Shown here: positions 19,171 through 28,576 of the stretch, one piece after another
Position numbering within the stretch: the stretch's first letter is position 1
Layout: each line of letters begins with the position of its first letter
Assembly (NCBI GenBank): GCA_965218425.1
Contig: OZ244621.1
Span: 3,040,001-3,104,000, forward strand
Direction of reading: 5' to 3'
DNA from: an uncultured Candidatus Binatia bacterium
Lineage (GTDB): Bacteria > Desulfobacterota > Binatia > UBA9968 > CAXXLF01
DNA: 64,000 nt
The notes under the pieces: generated by a model
Seen by the model: the letters and a program-made list of their open reading frames with translations, nothing else
Told to the model about the DNA's origin: nothing
Database searches by the model: none
Position numbers and translations under genes: made by a program

Positions 19171-20295
19171 GTGAGAAAAACAGCAGAGACAACCTACGAG
19201 AAATGGATGAAGAAAGAGGGGATCCCCATCATTGAGGATTATGGATTGCGAAACCTGCGGGAATTGGAACGTCGGCCATGGTCGCGCACGGGCGGTTTGG
19301 GTGCCTTTGTTGAACTCAAAGGCATGGAAGGTTTTACCGGCACATACATAGGCGAGATTCCGGGCGGCCAAGCCCTCAAACCGGAACGTCACATGTATGA
19401 GGAAGTGATCTATATCCTCGAGGGGTTGGGCCTCACCGAGGTCTGGGCATCGAGTTCGGGGAATGAAAAGGTCCGATTTGAATGGGGACCAGGGAGTATG
19501 TTTGCCATACCTCTCAACGCCCGGCATCGCCTTTATAATGGTGCCCGGGACCCTGTGGTCTTTTTGGCAGTGACGAGTGCCCCGGTTATGATGGACCTGC
19601 TGCATAACGAGGATTTTATTTTTAACTGCGATTACTGGTTTGCCGATCGCTTTAACGGTAGCGCCGATTATTTTAAGACCAGCAACAATCGATACCGAAG
19701 CGAAAGTGGAAGCGAAGTCTGGGAAACCAACTTCATCGCAAACGTTAACGGTGCCTTGACCGATCATAAACGTCATCACAAGGCCGTGGGCGGCGGCACC
19801 ACCCTGTTTCAGATTGCCGAAAACGCCCTCGTAGGCCACATCGCGGAGTGGCCCACAGGCAGTTACCATAAAGCACACTGGCATGGCGGCGGAGCCGTTC
19901 TGTTCCCCATCAGTTCCGAAGGGTACGTTTTACTGTGGCCTAGGGAAGCTGGTACCCGCCCCTATCAACAAGGAAATGGAGACAAGGTGGTCAAGGTGTA
20001 TTGGCAAGAAGGGGGCATGTACAGCCCGCCCACCGGGTGGTTTCATCAGCATTTCAATACCGGTGGGGAGCAGGCAAAACACGTGGCGTTTCGTTATTCG
20101 GAAAACAATCACAAATACGCCTTTGGCATCTTCAAGGCCTCCGTGCTCGGGGGTGTCAATGTGAGCATCCGAGATGGCGGGAATCTTATTGAGTATGAGG
20201 ATGAGGACCCCAAGATCAGGCGGGATTATGAGGAGGAGCTCGCAGAAAAGGGAATTAAATGCGAGATGCCTCCGGTGGACTATCGATTGGATTAA
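19171..20295 (+). CDS. Two-domain cupin protein, paralog of 11164..12291
   Basis: YEKWMKKEGIP, ERHMYEE, HKAHWHG, WFHQHFNTG, IEYEDEDP; GTG start after AAGGAG. Confidence 0.82.
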   Translation: MRKTAETTYEKWMKKEGIPIIEDYGLRNLRELERRPWSRTGGLGAFVELKGMEGFTGTYIGEIPGGQALKPERHMYEEVIYILEGLGLTEVWASSSGNEKVRFEWGPGSMFAIPLNARHRLYNGARDPVVFLAVTSAPVMMDLLHNEDFIFNCDYWFADRFNGSADYFKTSNNRYRSESGSEVWETNFIANVNGALTDHKRHHKAVGGGTTLFQIAENALVGHIAEWPTGSYHKAHWHGGGAVLFPISSEGYVLLWPREAGTRPYQQGNGDKVVKVYWQEGGMYSPPTGWFHQHFNTGGEQAKHVAFRYSENNHKYAFGIFKASVLGGVNVSIRDGGNLIEYEDEDPKIRRDYEEELAEKGIKCEMPPVDYRLD

Positions 20296-20336
20296 GTGGG
20301 GCCATGTTGTAAGGTGCCGCACAGGAGAATCGTAGG

Positions 20337-21683
20337 ATGAAAAAAACCAGAAAAAGTGTCCAGCCCAGGAAGAAGCCATCCCAATCGGGAAACGGTTTCT
20401 TGAACAAGCTGGTGCAGGTGGATAAGGGGGTCATAAGCTCGCGGATCTTTAATGACCCCGAGATCAATCGACTGGAGATGGAGCGGATCTTTACCCGAAG
20501 TTGGCTTTATGTTGCCCATGAGTCGGAAATACCCAAGGCCGGGGATTTCGTAACCCGTTATATGGGGGAGGATCCCGTAATTGTGTGGCGGGGGCAGGAC
20601 GGCAAGGTGAGAGTGTTTTTAAATGTCTGTCGCCACCGTGGGATGAGAGTGTGTGGTCAGGATATGGGTAAAGCCTCTCAATTTCGATGTTCCTACCATG
20701 GCTGGACGTACAGCAATCTGGGGGAGCTGATTTCTGTCCCGTTTTACGAAGGATACCATGGGGCGTTGGACATGAGCAGTCTGGGCCTCTGTCGGGCTCC
20801 AAGGGTGGAAAGCTACCATGGGCTTGTATTTGCCCACTGGGAACCAAAAGGGCAATCCCTGGACGATTACCTGGGCGAGATGAAGTGGGTGTTGGATATC
20901 CTATTCGGGCGTTCCGCGGAAATGGAAGTGGTGGGGGCCCCCATGAGGTGGGAAGCGGATGCCAATTGGAAGTTGGGAGCCGCGAACTTCTCTGGAGACG
21001 GCGTGCATCTCTTTACCACCCACGGATTCAGGTCGGCTCTGGGTTTAGAAGATAAGATGCAGGGTGAGCGTAAGAGTTTTCGCATGATCACTGAAAACGG
21101 ACATGCCTCCTCCCTCACAGGGTTTACGGGTAATTTTGCCATGGGATTACCGGAAGAATTACGGCCAGAAATGGAACGCCACCTCACCGCACAACAGTTG
21201 AAGTTTCTCGACCCTCTGCTCATTGCTGTGGGCAACGTTTTTCCGAACATGAGTTTTCTTAACAGCGGGCAACACACTTCCGCAGAGTGGGGAGGTGGCG
21301 ACGCCGGGAAGGATGTGGTTTCTTTTCTTACCCTGCGCCTATGGCAACCAAAAGGGGCGGACAAGATGGAAATTTGGTCCTGGTGTTTCGTGGACAAGAA
21401 CACCTCGGATGAATGGAAGCGGGCATCCAAGGAATCCTATCTTCGTGTGTTTGGCGCAGGGGGGATGTTTGAACAGGATGACATGGAGAATTGGGGCGAA
21501 ATCACCCAGGGCCTGCGGGGCCCCATAGCAAAGCGACTCATGCTGCAATACAAAATGGGAGTGGGTGTACCGCGTAAAGATCGTCCCATCAAGGGCCTCA
21601 AAGATATGATGGTGGGCGGCTTGAGTGAGGACAGCGAGCGTTCGTTTTACCGCAATTGGCACAAGCTCATGATGCAGGAATAG
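20337..21683 (+). CDS. Aromatic ring-hydroxylating dioxygenase alpha subunit
   Basis: NVCRHRG...CSYHGW; NWKLGAANFSGDGVHLFTTH; FEQDDMEN. Confidence 0.93.
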   Translation: MKKTRKSVQPRKKPSQSGNGFLNKLVQVDKGVISSRIFNDPEINRLEMERIFTRSWLYVAHESEIPKAGDFVTRYMGEDPVIVWRGQDGKVRVFLNVCRHRGMRVCGQDMGKASQFRCSYHGWTYSNLGELISVPFYEGYHGALDMSSLGLCRAPRVESYHGLVFAHWEPKGQSLDDYLGEMKWVLDILFGRSAEMEVVGAPMRWEADANWKLGAANFSGDGVHLFTTHGFRSALGLEDKMQGERKSFRMITENGHASSLTGFTGNFAMGLPEELRPEMERHLTAQQLKFLDPLLIAVGNVFPNMSFLNSGQHTSAEWGGGDAGKDVVSFLTLRLWQPKGADKMEIWSWCFVDKNTSDEWKRASKESYLRVFGAGGMFEQDDMENWGEITQGLRGPIAKRLMLQYKMGVGVPRKDRPIKGLKDMMVGGLSEDSERSFYRNWHKLMMQE

Positions 21684-21687
21684 AAGA

Positions 21688-22218
21688 ATGGAGATGGGTG
21701 GCAACGGGAGGAACCTGAGCCCCGCTGATCCCTGTTACGCGGAGATCGTCGAATTCCTCCATCGGGAGGCGGAGCTCTTGGATCACGGGCGATTTTCGGA
21801 TTGGTTGGGGATGCTCGCCGGGGATGTGAGGTATCGCATGCCGGTACGTTCGAACCTGGCGCCAGCACGGTCGGATTATAGGGAAAAAACGGAAATCTTC
21901 TCTGAGAATATGGCCTCACTGCAGGTCCGGGTGAAGCGGTTGAGTACGGACTATGCCTGGGCCGAAAGCCCCCGGTCTCGGACCCGCCATCTCGTTACCA
22001 ATGTGCGCGTACGGGTGACGGAAAACCCACAGGAAGTGGAAGTGTCGAGCTATATCCTTGTTTATCGCAACCGGTCGAACTCGTCGAGCCAGGACCTGCT
22101 ATCCGGGGAAAGACAAGATAGGATGCGCCGGGTTGATGGGAAATGGCGCTTGGCTTCAAGGACGGTTTTATTGGATCAGGTGGTGGTTGGGTCGAGGAAC
22201 CTTAGTATTTTCTTCTAA
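21688..22218 (+). CDS. Ring-hydroxylating dioxygenase beta subunit
   Basis: FLHREAELLD, YRMPVR, WAESPRSRTRHLVTNV, NLSIFF. Confidence 0.93.
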   Translation: MEMGGNGRNLSPADPCYAEIVEFLHREAELLDHGRFSDWLGMLAGDVRYRMPVRSNLAPARSDYREKTEIFSENMASLQVRVKRLSTDYAWAESPRSRTRHLVTNVRVRVTENPQEVEVSSYILVYRNRSNSSSQDLLSGERQDRMRRVDGKWRLASRTVLLDQVVVGSRNLSIFF

Positions 22219-22223
22219 CGTCA

Positions 22224-22994
22224 ATGGAGCCTAACCAAAGAATAAGCTTTCCAACCTTTAGTTCATTTAGGGACTGGTTTCATGAGAAAACGAAGAACCA
22301 TCCGTTTAAAACTGGCAGGAACCGGGGCCCATTCCATGAGGATTTCGCTCGAGGGAAAGTGCCCATGGATTTTCTGAAGGAGTACGCGAAGCAGTACTAC
22401 ATCTTTATCCAACTGACCAATACGAATGTGACCTGGACCCTGGTGAACTACCTCGACCTGTGGCGGCGCAATCCTGACCTCTACGATATCGTGGCCGCGA
22501 AGATCGGGTCCGAGCTGGCGGACCCCAGACCCGGGGGGCATGGTCGAACCTACATCAAATTTGCCCGTTACCTCGGGCTAAAGGATGAAGATCTCCATTA
22601 TTCCAGGCCCATCCCAGAGCTGGAAGCCCGCTGTAATACCGCGCTCGTGTATCGGTCCCAGACTCCGGCCCAGACGGCGGTCAGGTGGATGCTAGAAGGC
22701 TTTGTGGGTTATTACATGAAGTCCTATCGCGAGATACTGCATGAAAAATATGGTGTTCCAGACGAGATGCTCGAGTATTTCGACATCCATGTGCTGGCGG
22801 ATCTTGAAGAACATGGCCCTGAAGGCGAGTTGTTGCTGGCGAGGCTCTACAAGCTAGGTTTGGTCAATGAGGAGGACTATGAAGGGATGCGGGTACAGGT
22901 GGAACGAGCGGCTGGAGGCCCCCAACCTGGTAGCCAATACTTCTCATGGCCAGATGTACTCTATGACCGCTACCGGAGCCAACATCCCCTGTAG
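22224..22994 (+). CDS. Heme-oxygenase-like putative diiron oxidase, paralog 3
   Basis: Long identical blocks shared with 8669..9436 (KEYAKQYYIFIQLTNTNVTW; KIGSELADPRPGGHGRTYIKFARYLGLKDEDLHYS); HVLADLEEH. Confidence 0.8.
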   Translation: MEPNQRISFPTFSSFRDWFHEKTKNHPFKTGRNRGPFHEDFARGKVPMDFLKEYAKQYYIFIQLTNTNVTWTLVNYLDLWRRNPDLYDIVAAKIGSELADPRPGGHGRTYIKFARYLGLKDEDLHYSRPIPELEARCNTALVYRSQTPAQTAVRWMLEGFVGYYMKSYREILHEKYGVPDEMLEYFDIHVLADLEEHGPEGELLLARLYKLGLVNEEDYEGMRVQVERAAGGPQPGSQYFSWPDVLYDRYRSQHPL

Positions 22995-23167
22995 GGGTTG
23001 AGGTGACTGGGTCCAAGATGGCCTTGCCGTCATTAAAAAAATGGTAGTCATGTGTCCCATCAACCGGTTTCTGAACAAAAAACGACCAAAGGGTTTGACG
23101 GTTTACAAAAGCAGTTTGAGTCCCACGGCAATTTTATGCTATTGATCCGCAGTCCTATGGGGTCTAT

Positions 23168-24418
23168 GTGAGTAACGACGCGTCGGCAGCATCTCGAAAC
23201 CAAGTGAGAAGACCGCTACTGGCGGGAACTCGAGTCCTCGATTTCACTCATGTGCTGGCAGGTCCGTTCTGTACGCGATTGCTAGCCGATTTGGGTAGCG
23301 ACGTGCTCAAGGTGGAGTCTGCCACCAGGCCGGAGCGCATGGGCTCCAGAAAAGCGGCATCGAACGCCGCACCCAGGAGTCGACAGGACCGAGCACCTTC
23401 CTTCCTCAATACCAATCGAAGCAAACGATCCATCACCATCAATCTTAAAACCGATGCCGGTCGCGATTTGGCGAAGCAACTCGCCGGCGTGGCCGACGTT
23501 GTGGTGGAGAACTTCAGCGCCGGAGTCATGGACCGCCTGCGGCTTGGGTACGGGCACCTGCAGCCGCTCAATCCCAAGTTGATTTACGTAAGCATGTCGG
23601 GGTATGGCCACGACGGGCCGCGCAAGGCCTGGACCAGCATGAATATGAACCTTCAGGCCTACACCGGTTTAATGATGGTGACCGGCGCAGAGGAGGACCC
23701 TCCAACGGCCATCGCCAATTCCTGGAATGACTACATCGGAGGGTTGCATGCCTGCTTCGGTATCCTTCAGACCTTGACGGAACGAACAAAGACGGGCCGG
23801 GGCGCCAAAATAGATCTAAGCCAGTTTGAGTGTAGCGTCTCCACCTTTGGGCCATTATTGTTGAGTAGTATTGTAAACCAAACCGTGCCTCCGCGATTTG
23901 GCAACCGTTCGCTGGTGGCGGCTCCCCAGGGGGTTTACCGTTGCACAGGTTCCGACGAGTGGTGCGCCATTAGCATCCAAAATGACGACCAGTGGCGCGC
24001 GTTCATCGCCGCCGTGGGAAACCCTTCCTGGGCTAGGGAGGATCGGTTTGCGACGTTGCAGGGAAGGCTCGGCCATCATGATGATCTCGATAATCTGGTC
24101 GAGAGCTGGACTAGCCGGTTGTCGAATATTGAAGTAGAACGATGCCTCAAGGAGGCCGGGGTTCCGGCAGAGCGCATGCGGCGGATTCCAGAGGTACTGA
24201 ATGGTCCGGACCGGGCCCAGGTATTTCACCCTTGGGATGATCCCCAGGGCGGTTCGGAACTCACCACCGGAGACCCGTTTTCCTTCAGTATGAGCCTCTT
24301 GTCTCCCTTACGTCCGGCCCCGATGCTGGGTGAGCACACAAAGGAAGCGTTGAGCGAGTGGCTCGGCCTCTCGGAGAATGATATCAGGGAGTTGAAGGAC
24401 CAAGGGGCCTTAACTTAA
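23168..24418 (+). CDS. Class III CoA-transferase (CaiB/BaiF), catalytic-type subunit
   Basis: RVLDFTHVLAGP, NRSKRS, DVVVENF, SGYGHDGP, NDYIGG (catalytic Asp region), PAPMLGEHT. Confidence 0.92.
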   Translation: MSNDASAASRNQVRRPLLAGTRVLDFTHVLAGPFCTRLLADLGSDVLKVESATRPERMGSRKAASNAAPRSRQDRAPSFLNTNRSKRSITINLKTDAGRDLAKQLAGVADVVVENFSAGVMDRLRLGYGHLQPLNPKLIYVSMSGYGHDGPRKAWTSMNMNLQAYTGLMMVTGAEEDPPTAIANSWNDYIGGLHACFGILQTLTERTKTGRGAKIDLSQFECSVSTFGPLLLSSIVNQTVPPRFGNRSLVAAPQGVYRCTGSDEWCAISIQNDDQWRAFIAAVGNPSWAREDRFATLQGRLGHHDDLDNLVESWTSRLSNIEVERCLKEAGVPAERMRRIPEVLNGPDRAQVFHPWDDPQGGSELTTGDPFSFSMSLLSPLRPAPMLGEHTKEALSEWLGLSENDIRELKDQGALT

Positions 24419-24456
24419 AGCGGTTTTAGTTTTCCCTCGGGAGGAAATTCCAATTC

Positions 24457-25581
24457 ATGGCTCGCATTATTGACTTGACCGCTCATCCAGGTGTCTATGC
24501 TACCCGTCTCCTGGCTGAAACCGGGAATGAAGTGATTCGGGTGGAATCCGCCTCCGGCGACGACCTAAGAAAGTTGGGCCCCTACCTCGGCCAGAAGCCG
24601 GATCTGGAAAAGGGTGCCTACCATCAGTTTTTCAATGCCGGCAAGAAGAGTTTTAAACTCAACCTGGAATCCCCTACCGCCAGGAATGTACTTCTCAATC
24701 TCATCGGTACCGCGGATGCCGTGGTGGCCAGTACCCCGCTATCGTTCGACGAAAACCAGCTGTTGGAAGGGAATCCAAGGCTGGTTCTTGTCAAAGTCAT
24801 TGAGGACGAGCCTGAGCTTTGCGCTGTGGCCCGGTCGGGCCTGTTGACTCTCACCGGTCACCCGGGGCAACGGCCGGTCTTGCTGGGCGGCCATGTGGTT
24901 TATGCGGCTACCGGGCTTTATGTGGCTGTAGCCACGGCTGGGGCATTGTTCGCCTTGCAGTTAACGGGTCAAGGGCAGCTGGTGGAGGTTTCCATCAGGC
25001 AGTGTTTGGAGTCCCTGGCGGAGCAATCCATGGTGGACTACACAAGCTTGGGACAAGTGACCGAGCGCTGTGGCTATAGGGGGGCCATTACCGCGGTCTC
25101 CGGGGCGTTTCCCTGTAGTGACGGTTACTGGATGGTCAGTGTGCCCCATTCGCGGGAGGGGTGGGGAAAGTTCGTCGATTGGGTTCGAGACCCGGTGCTA
25201 TCCGCTGACCCATCCTTGGCCGATGAGGCGGAGCGCGACGCGAAGAAGGATTTGGTGGTTGAGCGATTGGGCATGTGGTCAAAGCGCTTCTCCAAGATCG
25301 ACATCGTAACCGAGGCACAGAAACGCCATGTGCCTGCATCTCCCGTGTCTACACCGCTGGATCTGGTCAATGACCCCCAGCTTACTGCTCGTGGGTTTCT
25401 CTGTGAAACGGATCACCCGGAATTCGGTCGCATTCTGTTTCCCCAGGGGGCCATTGGAAGCCTGAAGGGAATGCGCATTGGCCCCGCGCCATCGTTGGGT
25501 CAGCACAATGCTGAGATCCTGGTTCAACTGGGGTATACGGATTCTCAACGTCAAGAGCTCCTAAGCTCTGGAGCCATGTGA
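24457..25581 (+). CDS. Class III CoA-transferase, probable non-catalytic partner subunit
   Basis: YATRLLA, EVIRVE, NAGKKS, APSLGQHN; no Asp at the catalytic position (GHVVYAATG). Confidence 0.82.
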   Translation: MARIIDLTAHPGVYATRLLAETGNEVIRVESASGDDLRKLGPYLGQKPDLEKGAYHQFFNAGKKSFKLNLESPTARNVLLNLIGTADAVVASTPLSFDENQLLEGNPRLVLVKVIEDEPELCAVARSGLLTLTGHPGQRPVLLGGHVVYAATGLYVAVATAGALFALQLTGQGQLVEVSIRQCLESLAEQSMVDYTSLGQVTERCGYRGAITAVSGAFPCSDGYWMVSVPHSREGWGKFVDWVRDPVLSADPSLADEAERDAKKDLVVERLGMWSKRFSKIDIVTEAQKRHVPASPVSTPLDLVNDPQLTARGFLCETDHPEFGRILFPQGAIGSLKGMRIGPAPSLGQHNAEILVQLGYTDSQRQELLSSGAM

Positions 25582-25663
25582 GACCGGTGGTGAAACCTCG
25601 CCAGCAAATCCAATCCCCGGGATCCTCTTTACTAATTCCCTCGGATACGGCGCGGAGTTGAGC

Positions 25664-26824
25664 ATGGCAAATATCCGAGGCCGATATGCCATTGTGGGCA
25701 TCGGGGAGACCCAGGTGGGAAGACGATCCGATAAGTCGGGTACGGCTCTAGGCCTCGAGGCTGCTGCTGCGGCCATTGGAGACTCAGGCTTAGACAAACA
25801 TCGAATCGACGGCGTTATCACCCATCAGGCTCGGAGCAATCCGCAGCCAAACTGTTCGGCCTTTTTGGCCGAACGTTTGGGTATCACTCCCGCCTATATC
25901 AACGATATCAGTCTAGGCGGCTCCGCTGCAGTTTCCATGGTGTTGAACGCCGTGTCCGCTATCGAGGCGGGATTGTGTTCCACCGTTCTGTGTGCTTCGG
26001 CGGGTGGCGAACAGCCCTTGGGCCGGCACGGACGTAAACACGGTCATCTGGCGTCGGGGTGGGAAGACTTTATGTTTCCCTTTGGCGCGGTGGGTGCCCC
26101 CATTGACTATGCCCTGGGCGCCCGTCGCCATATGCATGAGTACGGTACCACCTCGCGACAATTCGGGGCCATTGCAGTGGCCTGCCGCAAGCATGCGTCG
26201 CTTAATCCCAACGCACAGATGCGAACCCCTATCACCCTTGAAGACCATCAGAAATCGAGGATGATTGCCGCCCCGTTTCGCCTGTTGGACTGCTCCCTGG
26301 TTTCCGTGGGGGAGGGCGCGGTCATCGTGACAGGCGCAGAGCGGGCCAAGGACTTTCCCCATCCGCCGGCCTATGTGTTGGGCATGGGCTATTCCTGTCG
26401 ATTTGGCAGCATCGCCTATGCCGACAACCTCACCACGGTTGCTGGCAAGGAGGCCTCCGCCCAGGCCTTCCAGATGGCGGGGCTCACTCCGAAGGATGTG
26501 GATGTGGTGGAGCTATACGACTGCTTCACGTATACCGTCTTGGTGACTCTCGAGGACTACGGGTTTTGCAAAAAGGGTGAAGGGGGAGGCTTTGTAGAAA
26601 ATGGGAGAATCGAATTGGGCGGCGAGTTGCCGGTAAACACCCACGGTGGTTTGCTGTCACAAGCCCATGTGGGCGGTATCCTCCACGTGACTGAAGCGGT
26701 CACCCAGCTCCGCCACGATGCCGGGGGACGCCAGGTGAAAGATGCGAAAGTGGCCGCCGTGAGCGGTCAGTGTGGGCAGCTGGGTATTCATACCACTCTT
26801 TTACTCGCTGCTAGTCCCAACTGA
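25664..26824 (+). CDS. Thiolase-superfamily protein (SCP-x/Ltp2-like)
   Basis: AIVGIGET, PFRLLDC, ELYDCFT, PVNTHGGLLS; canonical N-terminal nucleophile Cys not seen (LGGSAA). Confidence 0.88.
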   Translation: MANIRGRYAIVGIGETQVGRRSDKSGTALGLEAAAAAIGDSGLDKHRIDGVITHQARSNPQPNCSAFLAERLGITPAYINDISLGGSAAVSMVLNAVSAIEAGLCSTVLCASAGGEQPLGRHGRKHGHLASGWEDFMFPFGAVGAPIDYALGARRHMHEYGTTSRQFGAIAVACRKHASLNPNAQMRTPITLEDHQKSRMIAAPFRLLDCSLVSVGEGAVIVTGAERAKDFPHPPAYVLGMGYSCRFGSIAYADNLTTVAGKEASAQAFQMAGLTPKDVDVVELYDCFTYTVLVTLEDYGFCKKGEGGGFVENGRIELGGELPVNTHGGLLSQAHVGGILHVTEAVTQLRHDAGGRQVKDAKVAAVSGQCGQLGIHTTLLLAASPN

Positions 26825-26838
26825 ACAAAGTCCCTGCC

Positions 26839-27252
26839 GTGATGGAAAAGACGACCCAGCCACTTCCGATTCCCAACCCGGACACTGAGCCGTTCTGGCA
26901 GGGTTGTGGCCGGAGCCAACTGTTGCTTCAGCGCTGCTCGTCGTGCCATTCCCTTCGGCATCCCCCCAGCCCCATATGTGGTTCCTGTCTTTCGCCGGAC
27001 AACGAGTGGGTGCCGGCCAGTGGTGATGGGACCGTATACAGCTTTGTCATTGTGCGGGAGTCATTGCGCGGGTGGAAATTTACAGTCCCGTACGTTGTGG
27101 CAATTATCGAATTGGCGGAGGGTCCCCATATGCTGAGCAACGTAACGGGGATTTCCCCTGAGCAGGTCCAGATTGGACTGCGGGTCGGAGTGTTTTTCGA
27201 GCGAGTGAATGAAGAAATTACCTTGCCGAAGTTTAAGCCGTTGGAGGTTTGA
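26839..27252 (+). CDS. Zn-ribbon/OB-fold protein (DUF35)
   Basis: PFWQG, QRCSSC...PICGSC, GTVYSF, PYVVAIIELAEGP. Confidence 0.92.
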   Translation: MMEKTTQPLPIPNPDTEPFWQGCGRSQLLLQRCSSCHSLRHPPSPICGSCLSPDNEWVPASGDGTVYSFVIVRESLRGWKFTVPYVVAIIELAEGPHMLSNVTGISPEQVQIGLRVGVFFERVNEEITLPKFKPLEV

Positions 27253-27253
27253 G

Positions 27254-28357
27254 ATGCGTTTTGTGTGGTTGCTGGTTGTTATTATTGGTTGGTTTATTCC
27301 GGGCACCACAGTGGCAGAGTCGTCCTGGAAGGCTGAATGGCAAGAAACCCTAAAGGCGGCCAAGCAGGAAGGACGGGTTGTCCTTTATGTCAGTGATGTC
27401 TATTTCGAAGTGTTTCAGCAGTTTCAAAAAAAATATCCCGATATAAAAGTGACCTCAGTGATGGGTAGGGGGAGTCAACTCTCCCAGCGAGTCATGGCTG
27501 AACGCAGGGCCGGCAAGTACCTAGCCGACCTCTATATGGGGGGTTCCGGCACTCTCTATAATGTTTTTTACAAGGGAGGGGTTCTCAGTCCAGTCAAGCG
27601 TTTGTTGATCCTCCCCGAAGTGGTGGATGAGTCCAAGTGGTGGAGTGGGAGGCATATCTATCACGACGATGAGAGTCGCTACATGCTTGCGTATAACGGG
27701 AACGCGCAGTCCTACTTTTCCTACAACACCAAGCTCGTAAATCCGAAAAAATTTAGCTCTTACTGGGATTTCCTCGATCCCTCCTGGAAAGGACAAATGG
27801 TTTCCTATGACCCAACCATGGGGGGTGCGGTGAGCGGCGTCTTGATGTTTCTTTACAAAAACCCCCAGCTGGGGCCAAAATTTATCCGGCGAATTCTGAC
27901 TGAGATGGATCTGAGGGCGACCCGTGACTCCCGCCAGTTGGTTAACTGGTTGGCGGTGGGAAAATATCCTCTTGCCGCATTGGTGGGCCCCAATAGGGCG
28001 GGGATCTATAGCGCTAGGGAACAGGGACTTCCCGTCAATACTTTTGATTCCCGGCGCTTCAAGGAAGGTGGACCCTTGAGTACCAGTAACGGGAACGTGG
28101 CGTTTTTTGACGGGTCCCCTCATCCCAATGCAGCGAAGGTGGCACTCAACTGGCTGCTGTCCCGTGAAGGCCAGATAGCCTATCAAAGATTCGGCTACGA
28201 TAAGGATTCCTTGCGCATCGATATACCGAAGGACAAAGTCCCGCCCCGGGTCCGGCGATTGGAGGGTGTCGACTACCTTGTGCTGGCAGGACCCGGGTTC
28301 AAGAATATGGAGCCAATCAACAGGATCATTCGGGAGGTGTGGAGAAAAAAGAAATGA
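27254..28357 (+). CDS. ABC substrate-binding protein, paralog of 5694..6860
   Basis: Signal peptide; RVMAERRAGKYL, DPTMGGAVSGVL and NWLLSREGQ shared with the first copy. Confidence 0.85.
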   Translation: MRFVWLLVVIIGWFIPGTTVAESSWKAEWQETLKAAKQEGRVVLYVSDVYFEVFQQFQKKYPDIKVTSVMGRGSQLSQRVMAERRAGKYLADLYMGGSGTLYNVFYKGGVLSPVKRLLILPEVVDESKWWSGRHIYHDDESRYMLAYNGNAQSYFSYNTKLVNPKKFSSYWDFLDPSWKGQMVSYDPTMGGAVSGVLMFLYKNPQLGPKFIRRILTEMDLRATRDSRQLVNWLAVGKYPLAALVGPNRAGIYSAREQGLPVNTFDSRRFKEGGPLSTSNGNVAFFDGSPHPNAAKVALNWLLSREGQIAYQRFGYDKDSLRIDIPKDKVPPRVRRLEGVDYLVLAGPGFKNMEPINRIIREVWRKKK

Positions 28358-28576
28358 GGATCTTTGCAAAAATCATGGTGGATTTCTCTTGCACTCGAAT
28401 TGACTTCATGGGATATGGTCTTTTCATTGACTCAATTTAAATCTAATGATATCGATGACCCGGAAGAGTCGCTGTGAAAGTAAGGTACGAAACCCTGAAA
28501 AATTTTAGTTTGTGGAATTTCACGTCGGTCCCTGGGGTCTCCTCCATGGCGACCCGTTGACCCAGGAGGAAATTTC

